A stretch of DNA of 32,000 nt from Candidatus Electrothrix yaqonensis (GTDB lineage: Bacteria; Desulfobacterota; Desulfobulbia; Desulfobulbales; Desulfobulbaceae). Where the stretch lies: positions 2,910,001-2,942,000 of the forward strand of contig CP178758.1 of the NCBI GenBank assembly GCA_047651235.1, given 5' to 3'. The notes beneath the pieces were generated by a model. It was not told where the DNA came from and did no database searches. It was given only the letters and a program-made list of their open reading frames with translations. Positions within the stretch are counted from its first letter, which is position 1, and each line of letters opens with the position of its first letter. Shown in pieces: positions 1 through 8,112 of the stretch. Made by a program: the position numbers and the translations under genes.

Positions 1-81
1 AATCTGCCGATCCGTTATTATGCCGAGAAAAGCAGATCAGCTGTTCAGTATCAGGCTCTGGCGCAGGAAATTGTCGGATAA
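1..81 (+). CDS. 3' end of an unidentified ORF (partial, runs off the window)
   Basis: Frame 1 is open from position 1 to TAA at 79-81 (..NLPIRYYAEKSRSAVQYQALAQEIVG*). It is co-directional with the next gene and 39 nt upstream of it. No recognisable motif in 26 aa. Confidence 0.3.
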   Translation, partial: NLPIRYYAEKSRSAVQYQALAQEIVG

Positions 82-120
82 CAGAAAAAGCAGAAAAAGA
101 ATTTCCGGGGAGTTCTATAC

Positions 121-900
121 ATGAAAACAGAGGCACATTCCAGGCTGACACAAAGCATTGCCCCGGTTCTGTCCTTCACCGTCCTAGTTCTGGTCTGGGA
201 ACTTGTCGTCCGTTTTAGCGGCTGGGATACAAATGTTCTGCCCGGACCGTACAAAGTCCTGGAGAGCATGATTGAACTGATCGCCAACGGGTCCATGTTC
301 AAGCATACTGTGGCCAGCCTGTTCAGAGTAACGTGGGGATTTTATATTGCCGCGATACTGGGTATTCCCTTGGGAATTGTTCTGGGAAGAAGTCAGGTTG
401 CTGCCATGCTGCTGAATCCGATTATTCATTTTCTGCGTCCCATCTCTCCGCTCGCCTGGATACCGCTGGCCATGCTCTGGTTCGGAATCGGTGACCAGCC
501 TGCTGTTTTCCTGATCTTTCTCGCCAGCTTTTTCCCCATTGTCGTCTCCACCACTGTTGCGGTGCATTCCATCAATCCCACCTATTTTTATGTTGCCGCC
601 AATTTTAATTTCAGCAGACAGGAGGTAATTCAGAAAATAGTTATTCCGGCCATTATTCCGGATATTATTACAGCACTGCGGCTGACCGTCACCATTGCCT
701 GGATTGTGGTGGTTGCTGCCGAGATGATTGCGGTTCAGTCCGGACTCGGATATCTGATTCTTGATTCGCGGAACGGACTGCGTCTGGATTACGTTATGGA
801 CGGAATGATTATTATCGGCCTGATCGGCCTGTATCTCGATTATATTATGCGCCGTCTCGGCAGGATCGAGTCTGCATCCTGGGGCATCCAGCAGGCATAG
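121..900 (+). CDS. ABC transporter permease, NitT/TauT (TauC/SsuC/NrtB-like) family
   Basis: 259-aa ORF with multiple hydrophobic spans and a BPD_transp_1-like core (LRPISPLAWIPLAMLWFGIG...IAWIVVVAAEM). GGGGAG Shine-Dalgarno 8 nt upstream of the ATG. Followed by an ATPase and a binding protein. Confidence 0.9.
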   Translation: MKTEAHSRLTQSIAPVLSFTVLVLVWELVVRFSGWDTNVLPGPYKVLESMIELIANGSMFKHTVASLFRVTWGFYIAAILGIPLGIVLGRSQVAAMLLNPIIHFLRPISPLAWIPLAMLWFGIGDQPAVFLIFLASFFPIVVSTTVAVHSINPTYFYVAANFNFSRQEVIQKIVIPAIIPDIITALRLTVTIAWIVVVAAEMIAVQSGLGYLILDSRNGLRLDYVMDGMIIIGLIGLYLDYIMRRLGRIESASWGIQQA

Positions 901-922
901 AGGCAGGGGAGGGAAACGAAAA

Positions 923-1717
923 GTGGGACATATTCAGATAAATAATCTGTGCAGAGAGTTTGTCAACCGGCGACAAAAGAAACGTGAGGATGACGGTCTC
1001 CCGTACGGAGAAAAAGTTTCCGTGCTTGAGGATATTAATATTGAAGTGGAAGAGGGGGAAATGGTCTGTTTCCTCGGGCCTTCCGGGTGCGGTAAATCCA
1101 CTCTTCTGCGTATCATTGCCGGGTTTGACAAACAGACTTCCGGTTCGATTCTGATTGACGGCAAAAAAATCACCGGGCCGAGTTCGGATAATATTTTTGT
1201 TTTTCAGCACAGCGGGCTGCTGCCCTGGATGACGGTGTGGCAAAACGTGGAGCTGGGACTGCGGCATATGGAGGACGAGAAAGCAAAGAACGCTGAGATT
1301 CAGGAATATATTGAAATGGTCGAACTGGACGGATTCGGGAACCATTATCCCGGTCAACTGTCCGGAGGCATGCAGCGGCGGGCGGAGCTGGCCCGTGCTC
1401 TGGCGGTGAATCCTGATATCCTTATTATGGACGAACCCTTCAGCGGACTCGACTTTCTCACCCATATGAAGATGCGGGAAGAAGTGGTCAATATGCATCA
1501 GTTTCTCGGTAAGACGATTCTGGTCGTGACTCATGACATTGATGATGCGCTGATTATGGGAGACCGGGTGGTGGTATTCAGCAAAAGGCCGTCGCAGGTG
1601 AAAATGAACCAGAAGCTGGAATTTCCCCATCCGAGAATTGTGTTTAACAAGCAGACAGAGTTAAGCAAGCTCCGGGATGAACTGTTTCTGATGCTCGGAG
1701 TAAGCTATGCTGTCTGA
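923..1717 (+). CDS. ABC transporter ATP-binding protein (NitT/TauT family)
   Basis: Walker A GPSGCGKST, ABC signature LSGGMQRR, Walker B ILIMDEPF, H-loop VTHD. GTG start preceded by GGGGAGGG. Confidence 0.92.
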   Translation: MGHIQINNLCREFVNRRQKKREDDGLPYGEKVSVLEDINIEVEEGEMVCFLGPSGCGKSTLLRIIAGFDKQTSGSILIDGKKITGPSSDNIFVFQHSGLLPWMTVWQNVELGLRHMEDEKAKNAEIQEYIEMVELDGFGNHYPGQLSGGMQRRAELARALAVNPDILIMDEPFSGLDFLTHMKMREEVVNMHQFLGKTILVVTHDIDDALIMGDRVVVFSKRPSQVKMNQKLEFPHPRIVFNKQTELSKLRDELFLMLGVSYAV

Positions 1718-2738
1718 GACCGTGAAAAAGAAGTTTGTCTGGTCAAGAACTTTAAGGTTTGTTGTAGGCAGTATTGTCTGGGCTGCACTCATCTCCGGGT
1801 TGCATTGGTGGCTGAATTTTGATCATGGTCATCAGAAGATTGTTAAAATGGGCTACATGCCCGTTATCACCAATATGGCGGCACCGCTGCTGGACCATGT
1901 CAGCACGAAGGACAGTGATGTCCGATTCAAAGCCCTGAAGTTCAGTTCATTTGCTGAAATGGCCGAGGCGCTTCGGAATGACGAGATTCAGGTAGCGTTC
2001 ATCATTGCTCCCCTGGCTGTTGTTCTCCGGCAGCAGGGAGCGGACGTGAAGGTGATCTATATCGGCAATCGGCACGAAAGCACCTTGGTCACCCGAAAGG
2101 ATCTCGATATCCGGGATATTCATGGCCTGGCAGGAAAAACCGTTGCCGTTCCCATGCGCTTCTCCGGTCATAATCTCAGTCTTCTGCGCTTGATGGAAGA
2201 AAATGATATGCGCGGCGAGATCAATATCGTGGAGCTGAATCCTCCGGATATGGCCTCGGCCTTGGTTACCGGTTCTCTGGATGCCTATTATGTCGGCGAG
2301 CCGTTTGCAGTCCAGACCTTGAAAAACGGTAACTCTGATCTTCTGTTCAATGTGGAGGAGGTCTGGCCGTCATTTATCTGTAATCTTGTTCTTGTTAAAC
2401 AGAGCCTGATAAAAAACGATCGGGAAATGGTTCGGGAATTTGTCCGGGCAGCGGTGCGTTCCGGTTTCTGGGCGAAAAAACATCCGGATGAGGCGGCTGA
2501 GATTGCGGCACGCTACTGGTCGCAGCCGGTCGATCTGGTGAAATACGCCTTACATGCTTCGGGAGGGCGAACAATTTACGATCAGTATCTCCCGAAAATT
2601 GAGGAAATGCAGGAGATCGCAGACCTGATGGTCAAGTATAAACTGATCGAGAGCAATAATATTGAAGGGCTTGTGGATCCGCAGTTTGCCCGGGAAATGG
2701 AAACAGAGGATGTTGAGGAGTTGGAAGATATTCTGTAA
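1707..2738 (+). CDS. ABC transporter substrate-binding protein, NMT1/SsuA/TauA-like, N-terminally membrane anchored
   Basis: 343-aa ORF overlapping the ATPase stop by 11 nt. GGAG SD upstream. N-terminal hydrophobic anchor (FVVGSIVWAALISGLHWWL). Length and pattern are typical of sulfonate/nitrate/taurine-type binding proteins. Substrate unknown. Confidence 0.8.
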   Translation: MLSETVKKKFVWSRTLRFVVGSIVWAALISGLHWWLNFDHGHQKIVKMGYMPVITNMAAPLLDHVSTKDSDVRFKALKFSSFAEMAEALRNDEIQVAFIIAPLAVVLRQQGADVKVIYIGNRHESTLVTRKDLDIRDIHGLAGKTVAVPMRFSGHNLSLLRLMEENDMRGEINIVELNPPDMASALVTGSLDAYYVGEPFAVQTLKNGNSDLLFNVEEVWPSFICNLVLVKQSLIKNDREMVREFVRAAVRSGFWAKKHPDEAAEIAARYWSQPVDLVKYALHASGGRTIYDQYLPKIEEMQEIADLMVKYKLIESNNIEGLVDPQFAREMETEDVEELEDIL

Positions 2739-2798
2739 CTCTCTCATGTTCCCTTCGTTCAATTCCGGCAATACAGATTTACTCATATCCGACGTGAA

Positions 2799-3221
2799 AT
2801 GATGTATACAGCAACAGGAAACAGAAGGAAATGTCCGAGATTTGAAAAACAGGTCAAGCTGAGCGTATGCAGGCTCCAGTACCCTATGCAGGATGTGGTG
2901 ATGAAGACCGCACATACTTGCAATGTCTCAGAAACAGGTCTTTGTTTCACCTGTGAGGAGGTATATGACAACGGAACAATACTGCAGCTTGTTGTTGAAC
3001 TGCTGGGCTGGCAGCACTATCTGCATACGACGGCCGCTCTGGTGGATCCGAAAATTGCCTCCAAACCGTTGACTGCTGTTGGTGAAGTAGTCTGGTCAAA
3101 GCAACCGGCGGACGATGAGGAAGAATATACTGTGGGTGTGCAGTTCAAGGATATTTACGAGGATGACCTCCGGGCATTTAAGCAATATCTCGGAAAAATG
3201 CTGGAAAAGACGAACCAGTAG
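2799..3221 (+). CDS. stand-alone PilZ domain protein (predicted c-di-GMP receptor)
   Basis: 140 aa with canonical PilZ motifs: RxxxR (RKCPR) near the N-terminus and N-x-S-x-x-G (NVSETG) about 30 aa later. Confidence 0.8.
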   Translation: MMYTATGNRRKCPRFEKQVKLSVCRLQYPMQDVVMKTAHTCNVSETGLCFTCEEVYDNGTILQLVVELLGWQHYLHTTAALVDPKIASKPLTAVGEVVWSKQPADDEEEYTVGVQFKDIYEDDLRAFKQYLGKMLEKTNQ

Positions 3222-3234
3222 GACAGCTGCGGTT

Positions 3235-3801
3235 GTGATTTCTTTTTTTTCTCTGCCGAAAAGCGGGCTGCAGCGCCAGCTGATTTTTTATATTGTCTTT
3301 ATCGGGGTTGTCTTTCTGACAATGGCTGTTGAAATGAATATTTTTCTCAGAGGGGAAGAGATCCAGGGTACCCTGAAGCAGCATATTCCCTCTGATCTTT
3401 CGATGGATATTGTCAATCACATCCTTCTGAAAGTCCGGGTTATGTTAGGAAATCTTCTGCTGGCCATCGGACTGGTCATGCTGCTGTTCACCAAGCGGAT
3501 CATGTTTCCTCTGGAACGCATTATCAAGGGGATCAGAGCGATAAGTGCCGGGGATTTTTCTGTCACGCTGCCGGATAAAAGTCGGGATGAACTCGGCGAA
3601 CTTGCCCGCCGCATCAATGATCTGAATGCGAATGAACAGGAACTGATTCTTCTGACCAGAGGAATGACGGATCAGCTGCGGCAGACCCTGACCGAAGGGG
3701 ATGAGGCAGATGTGGAAGAACGTCTTGCCGATGCCGTGCAGATTATTGATGAACTTGACGAAACTCTGACGGAATTCGGCAGGAATTTTTATCAGTGTTA
3801 G
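3235..3801 (+). CDS. small two-TM membrane protein with a HAMP domain and no recognisable output domain
   Basis: The frame is open from 3115, but the first 107 nt overlap the PilZ gene. The first in-frame start after the PilZ stop is GTG at 3235. TM1 LIFYIVFIGVVFLTMAV, TM2 VMLGNLLLAIGLVMLLF, HAMP-like MFPLERIIKGIRAISAGDFSVTLPDKSRDELGELARRINDL, then an acidic helical tail. Start codon uncertain. Confidence 0.65.
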   Translation: MISFFSLPKSGLQRQLIFYIVFIGVVFLTMAVEMNIFLRGEEIQGTLKQHIPSDLSMDIVNHILLKVRVMLGNLLLAIGLVMLLFTKRIMFPLERIIKGIRAISAGDFSVTLPDKSRDELGELARRINDLNANEQELILLTRGMTDQLRQTLTEGDEADVEERLADAVQIIDELDETLTEFGRNFYQC

Positions 3802-4559
3802 TTGCTTCTGAATATTGGCTGATGCTGCCTGTCGGGGTGGGGATATCCTCTGTTGCCATGTTTTTCGGACTGGGCGGCGGTGTTCTCTGGATGCCTGTTC
3901 TGCTGGTGAGCACAGATCTGCGACCGCAGGAAGCCGTGGTCTGTACGATTGTGATTCAGTTTTTCGGGCAGGTCAGCGCATCATACAGCAATGCCCGTGC
4001 CGATATGATTGACTGGGAGCTTGTGTGGATGATGGCGGTGTTCGGGGTACCGTCCGTCTTTGTCGGAGCGCTGCTGTCCTTTCTTCTCCATCCGGTTTGG
4101 ATTGAACTTTTTCTTGGTCTGACAATTTTTTTCATCGCCTATGTTTTTCTCCGGGGGGATGATTTCTTTGTTGAAGGTTCGGACAGAGCTGATCTTGCTG
4201 CTGCCCGCCAAGGTCGTTTTATCCCCCTGTTCGGCGGGATACTGACCGGATTCCTCGGTATTGGCGTGGGCGACTGGCTGGTGCCGTTTTTTAATATGCA
4301 ATGCAGACTGGCTATGGTCCGATCAGTTGCCAGCAGCATTGCCTTGATGATGCTTCTTTCCCTGACTGCGCTCACCGTGTATATTCTATTCGGCCGGACT
4401 GCGGATTGGCGGATTGTATTTCCGGCATCCGTGGGAGTACTGATCGGGGCGCAGCTCGGTTCCCGGCTGCTGCGTCGGGTGCCTGAAAGCCATTTTAAAG
4501 AATTTTTTGTCCTGATGCTGGTGTTTATCGCCACGCATGTGACATTTAATGCTCTGTAA
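3795..4559 (+). CDS. TauE/SafE (DUF81) family anion (sulfite/sulfonate-type) exporter
   Basis: 254 aa, polytopic, two-fold internal repeat. N-terminus LPVGVGISSVAMFFGLGGGVLWMPVLL is typical of the family. GTG start overlaps the upstream stop by 7 nt; an alternative ATG lies at 3822. Confidence 0.85.
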   Translation: MLVASEYWLMLPVGVGISSVAMFFGLGGGVLWMPVLLVSTDLRPQEAVVCTIVIQFFGQVSASYSNARADMIDWELVWMMAVFGVPSVFVGALLSFLLHPVWIELFLGLTIFFIAYVFLRGDDFFVEGSDRADLAAARQGRFIPLFGGILTGFLGIGVGDWLVPFFNMQCRLAMVRSVASSIALMMLLSLTALTVYILFGRTADWRIVFPASVGVLIGAQLGSRLLRRVPESHFKEFFVLMLVFIATHVTFNAL

Positions 4560-4595
4560 GCAATAAACAAGAGCTTTTTCTGCAGATTATCGTAT

Positions 4596-5990
4596 ATGAA
4601 GCATCCTGTTGGAAGCGGTTTTGTCGGTGAGATCGAAGGACTTGGCCTGGTTGATCTGGTGCAGTTTGCCTGTCTTGCCGGAGATGACAGAAAATTGAGT
4701 GTGCTGAGCGAAAATAATCGCGGGGTACTGTATTTTTCCGACAATGAAATCGTTCATGCCGAGTTCGGCGAGCTGACCGGTGAGGAGGCATTTTACCGGA
4801 TTATGAGCTGGCCTTCCGGAACGTTCAGTATGCTGTTTGCCTCCACGAATGTCCGGACCATTGATTCTTCATGGAATTTCCTGCTTCTGGAAGCGGCTCG
4901 ACGTATTGATGAACAGACAAAAAGTAAAATATCCTCTGATGAGGAGACGGGGGTCCCCAAAGTGCTGGTGGTGGATGATTCCCGTTTTTTCACCAAGGCA
5001 TTTATTAAACTGTTTGATGAACAGATCGAGGCCAAGGTGGTCGGCACTGCCACCAACGGCAGAGAAGCGCTGAAGTTTCTCGAGATGCAGGTGCCAGACC
5101 TTGTCACGCTGGATATGAATATGCCGGTCATGAGCGGTGATGCGGCGCTGAAGCATATCATGATACGTTCCCCTGCTCCGGTGGTGCTGGTCAGTAATTT
5201 TAGCGATCAGCAGTATTCCAAAATGATGGATTTCATGCGTTACGGGTGTATTGATCTGGTCGCGAAACCGGTCAATCCTGATTCATGGAACATGATCGCC
5301 AGACGCCTGCAGTATATTCTGCTGAATGTCAGAGATTTCTGTGTGGATAACGTCAGCAGGGCAAAGAACCTGAAAACAGCTGAAAAAAAAATCAGCCCGG
5401 AGAAACCCGCCCGCAGACTGCTGCTGATCCTCAGCGGACTGGGCGGCATGCTGGAGCTGCAGAAAATTATCCCGGTACTACACTATGACCGTGAAACCGT
5501 CGTGCTTGTGGTGCAGAATATGTATCCGGGAATTGTACAGTACCTGGCAGCGTATCTTGACGAATTTACAGAATACAGTACACGTGCTTTTTCTGGTGAA
5601 TCTGCTGCGGAGTCCGGGGAAAACCTGTTGGGAGGACAATGTCTGATTGCGGACTGTCAGGGCAGGCGCGAGATTATTGCGCCTGAAGGGGTGCCAATAC
5701 TTTCCGGGCCCACGGGGAAAGAGGAAAATTCTTCGCTTCAGGTTGACCGGCTGCTCTGTTCCGCAGCAGAGACTTTCAGGGACGGAGTCACTCTGGTTTT
5801 TCTGAGCGGCGTGGAACAGGAGGTGAAAAACGGGATGGAAACGGTTGTGATCAAGGGAGGAAAAATTATTCTGCAGGAGCCTGATTCCTGTCTGCTGCCC
5901 GGATCCATCGAGGCAATCCGGTCCCTCGGTCTGGAGGAATGCTGCCTCAAACCGGAAGAGATCGCTCCATATCTTGCTGAGGACGCATAG
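4596..5990 (+). CDS. DUF4388 (PATAN-type) - receiver (REC) - CheB-methylesterase-like protein, esterase domain apparently degenerate
   Basis: aa 10-80 match the DUF4388 pattern (LVDLVQFACL...GVLYFSDNEIVHAEFGELTGEEAFYRIMSWPSGTFSM). aa 121-235 are REC-like (VVDDS, TLDMNMP, VLVS, AKP). aa 273-445 align by eye with the CheB catalytic domain, but with ILSGLGG for IGASTGG, VQNMYPG for TQHMPPG and SGVEQEV for TGMGNDG. Confidence 0.8.
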   Translation: MKHPVGSGFVGEIEGLGLVDLVQFACLAGDDRKLSVLSENNRGVLYFSDNEIVHAEFGELTGEEAFYRIMSWPSGTFSMLFASTNVRTIDSSWNFLLLEAARRIDEQTKSKISSDEETGVPKVLVVDDSRFFTKAFIKLFDEQIEAKVVGTATNGREALKFLEMQVPDLVTLDMNMPVMSGDAALKHIMIRSPAPVVLVSNFSDQQYSKMMDFMRYGCIDLVAKPVNPDSWNMIARRLQYILLNVRDFCVDNVSRAKNLKTAEKKISPEKPARRLLLILSGLGGMLELQKIIPVLHYDRETVVLVVQNMYPGIVQYLAAYLDEFTEYSTRAFSGESAAESGENLLGGQCLIADCQGRREIIAPEGVPILSGPTGKEENSSLQVDRLLCSAAETFRDGVTLVFLSGVEQEVKNGMETVVIKGGKIILQEPDSCLLPGSIEAIRSLGLEECCLKPEEIAPYLAEDA

Positions 5991-6165
5991 TCCCCTTGTT
6001 TTTTTCTTCTGTTGTGTATTATACTGATCGCCGGGTACTTCCTGTCGGAATTTTTTGGGCCTGTTTTTTGCCTGTTCCGGCAGGGGCACTTCCGGCAGTC
6101 CGCTGCTTCTGAACTGCAGTTCGGGCTGTTTGTCCCGAAAAGTATCAACGCGCTCAGAAAAAAGT

Positions 6166-7629
6166 ATGCTATGCAACCGGAAGGTCTTCGGACCGGTTCT
6201 GTTCAAACTATATATCTCTGCTGTATTTTTTCTGCTTATCGGCCAGTATCTGTTTCCTGCTTTGTCCTGGGGCTTCAGTATCGGCGAGGAGCGGCTTATC
6301 GGCGAACAGCTGCTCCTGACTGTCCGCAGTAAATTCGAGCTGCTTGATGATCCTGATATTGTCCAGTATCTCAACAGGCTTGGTAAACAGGTTCTTGCCG
6401 TGGCCGGACCGCAGTATTTTGACTATCATTTTTTCGTGGTCAAAAACGAGCAGTTCAATGCCTTTGCCGCGCCTTCCGGGCTAATTTTTTTCAACACCGG
6501 GCTGATCAGAACAATGAATACCGAAGACCAGCTGCTCAGTGTACTTGCCCATGAAGTCGGCCATGTTGCCAGCAGACATATTTCAAAGCGTGTTGAAAAA
6601 CAGGGAAAGGTGACTGCCGCCAGCCTGCTGTTCGGGCTTGCCGGGCTTGCTTTGGGGAATCCGGCTCTGACCCAGGGGTTGTTCAGCGGAGCTCTTGCTG
6701 CCAACCGGACAGTGGGGCTGAATTTTTCCCGCCAGGACGAGGAGCAGGCGGATCGTCTGGCCTTTGACTGGCTTCGGACTATGGGCCATGACCCGGCGGC
6801 AATGGAAGAAATGCTCAAGTCCATGCGCAGGATCACCCGATACCGTTCCGAACAATTACCTCCCTATCTGCTGACTCATCCCAATCCTGAATACCGGCTG
6901 GATTATGTTCAGTCCCTGCTGCAGCTTGACCGGGATCCAAAAAAGCAGCAAAAAAAGACTCCGGATGATCATCCGAAGAAAGCAGCAACTGACAACTTCG
7001 CCTTTCTCCGGTTTAAATACCGTGTGCTCAGCAAAGCTGTCGATCTGGAGACGTTGCGGATTTACTGCTCCAATGTTCTGGCTTCAGAAGAGGATGAAGA
7101 GGCCCTGAATATGGCATATTATGGTCTGGCGCTGCTCAGCCTTGAGGAAAGAGATTTTTATGAAGCTGAAAAACGCCTGGAAAGGGTTCGGGAGAAGTAT
7201 CCGGATAAAGATATCCTGCAGGTCGATCTGGCGGCATTATACGTTGAATCAGGAGAAATTGACAAGGCAGCTCCCCTGCTGCGCCGTGTATACCAACGGG
7301 ACCCGACAGATATGTACTGCGCCTTCGAGCTTGCCAGAGTTATGGCTGCAAAGGGACATCATGATGTGGCGGAAAAGTTTTATCTTGAAGTTACGAAAAA
7401 TATAGAGGAATACTCTCAGGCCTATTATGAACTTGGTCGGTTGAAGTCCAGCCAGGGAGAGGCAGGAGCAAGTAATTTCTATCTGGCCAAGTATTATCTC
7501 TACGAAGGGAAGATAAAGTATGCAAAGCAATATCTGCGGAGAGCGGAAAAGGATTCTTCTGTCCCGAAGAACCTGCAGAAGGAAGCCGAAACTATCCTGA
7601 AGCGCCTGAAGGTGCTGGAGGATGCCTGA
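6166..7629 (+). CDS. bepA: M48 family Zn-metalloprotease with C-terminal TPR repeats (BepA/YfgC-like periplasmic protease)
   Basis: HEVGHV (HExxH) motif in LAHEVGHVASRH and TPR-like helical repeats in the C-terminal 200 aa. ATG at 6166 gives a 487-aa product with a signal-peptide-like N-terminus (FKLYISAVFFLLIGQYLFPALSWG). The ORF-track start at 6055 is probably an upstream extension. Confidence 0.85.
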   Translation: MLCNRKVFGPVLFKLYISAVFFLLIGQYLFPALSWGFSIGEERLIGEQLLLTVRSKFELLDDPDIVQYLNRLGKQVLAVAGPQYFDYHFFVVKNEQFNAFAAPSGLIFFNTGLIRTMNTEDQLLSVLAHEVGHVASRHISKRVEKQGKVTAASLLFGLAGLALGNPALTQGLFSGALAANRTVGLNFSRQDEEQADRLAFDWLRTMGHDPAAMEEMLKSMRRITRYRSEQLPPYLLTHPNPEYRLDYVQSLLQLDRDPKKQQKKTPDDHPKKAATDNFAFLRFKYRVLSKAVDLETLRIYCSNVLASEEDEEALNMAYYGLALLSLEERDFYEAEKRLERVREKYPDKDILQVDLAALYVESGEIDKAAPLLRRVYQRDPTDMYCAFELARVMAAKGHHDVAEKFYLEVTKNIEEYSQAYYELGRLKSSQGEAGASNFYLAKYYLYEGKIKYAKQYLRRAEKDSSVPKNLQKEAETILKRLKVLEDA

Positions 7630-7685
7630 GTGATATCCGGCTGTAGGCTGTATTGATCCCGGCATAATCGGGATGGAGTTGTGTC

Positions 7686-8096
7686 ATGTTAAAACGATTT
7701 TCCGTTTCTCTTGAGGAACATCTGCTGGCAAAATTTGATGATTACATCACCCAGCACGGCTATTCCAACCGTTCCGAAGCCATCCGTGATCTGATCCGCA
7801 AGCGGCTGGTGAACGAGGAGTGGCAGCAGGACAGCGAGGTAGTGGGGGTTGTCACCCTGGTGTATGATCATCATCAGGCCCAGCTGCAGGAGCGCATCAC
7901 GGAACTGCAGCATAAGTATTACCGGCTGATCACCTCGACGACCCATGTTCATATGGATCATCATAACTGTCTGGAAGTGACCATTGTTAAGGGGAACGCT
8001 TTTCTGGTGCAGGAGCTGGCTGAAAAGATGATGGCGCTGCGCGGAGTAAAAAACGGCAATCTGACTATGTCCAGCACCGGCGGCGATCTCCACTGA
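7686..8096 (+). CDS. nikR: nickel-responsive transcriptional regulator NikR
   Basis: 136 aa. N-terminal ribbon-helix-helix (RFSVSLEEHLLAKFDDYI...GYSNRSEAIRDLIR). C-terminal Ni-site motif HVHMDHHNCLEV matches E. coli HVHINHDDCLE. GGAG SD 8 nt upstream. Confidence 0.9.
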   Translation: MLKRFSVSLEEHLLAKFDDYITQHGYSNRSEAIRDLIRKRLVNEEWQQDSEVVGVVTLVYDHHQAQLQERITELQHKYYRLITSTTHVHMDHHNCLEVTIVKGNAFLVQELAEKMMALRGVKNGNLTMSSTGGDLH

Positions 8097-8112
8097 ACAA
8101 AAGGGTAGGCGT

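Noticed and set aside
845-1630. 261-aa minus-strand ORF opposite the ABC ATPase, plus similar antisense ORFs at 184-567, 4139-4744, 5478-6374, 9315-10373, 25990-26541, 27314-27916, 27987-28571 and 30222-30743
   Set aside because: Each is fully shadowed by a motif-bearing gene on the other strand and shows no recognisable domain. I treat them as antisense shadow ORFs.
3115-3234. N-terminal extension of the HAMP-protein ORF overlapping the PilZ gene by 107 nt
   Set aside because: The overlap is out of frame with a well-supported PilZ domain. The extension is not hydrophobic or conserved-looking. The first start after the PilZ stop (GTG 3235) precedes TM1.
5381-5392. Homopolymer A8-A9 runs inside ORFs (about 5381-5392, 13921-13930 and 19888-19896) as slippage or frameshift sites
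   Set aside because: The reading frames continue intact through all of them with sensible protein sequence. There is no evidence of frameshift or phase variation in this single sequence.
6055-6165. Upstream extension of the M48 protease ORF, and the overlapping 106-aa ORF at 6012-6332
   Set aside because: ATG 6166 yields a signal peptide and a BepA-like length of 487 aa. The extension is Cys/Ser/Gly-rich with no function.
7689-8093. 134-aa minus-strand ORF almost exactly co-extensive with nikR
   Set aside because: The + strand product is an unmistakable NikR (RHH plus HVHMDHHNC). The mirror frame has no features.
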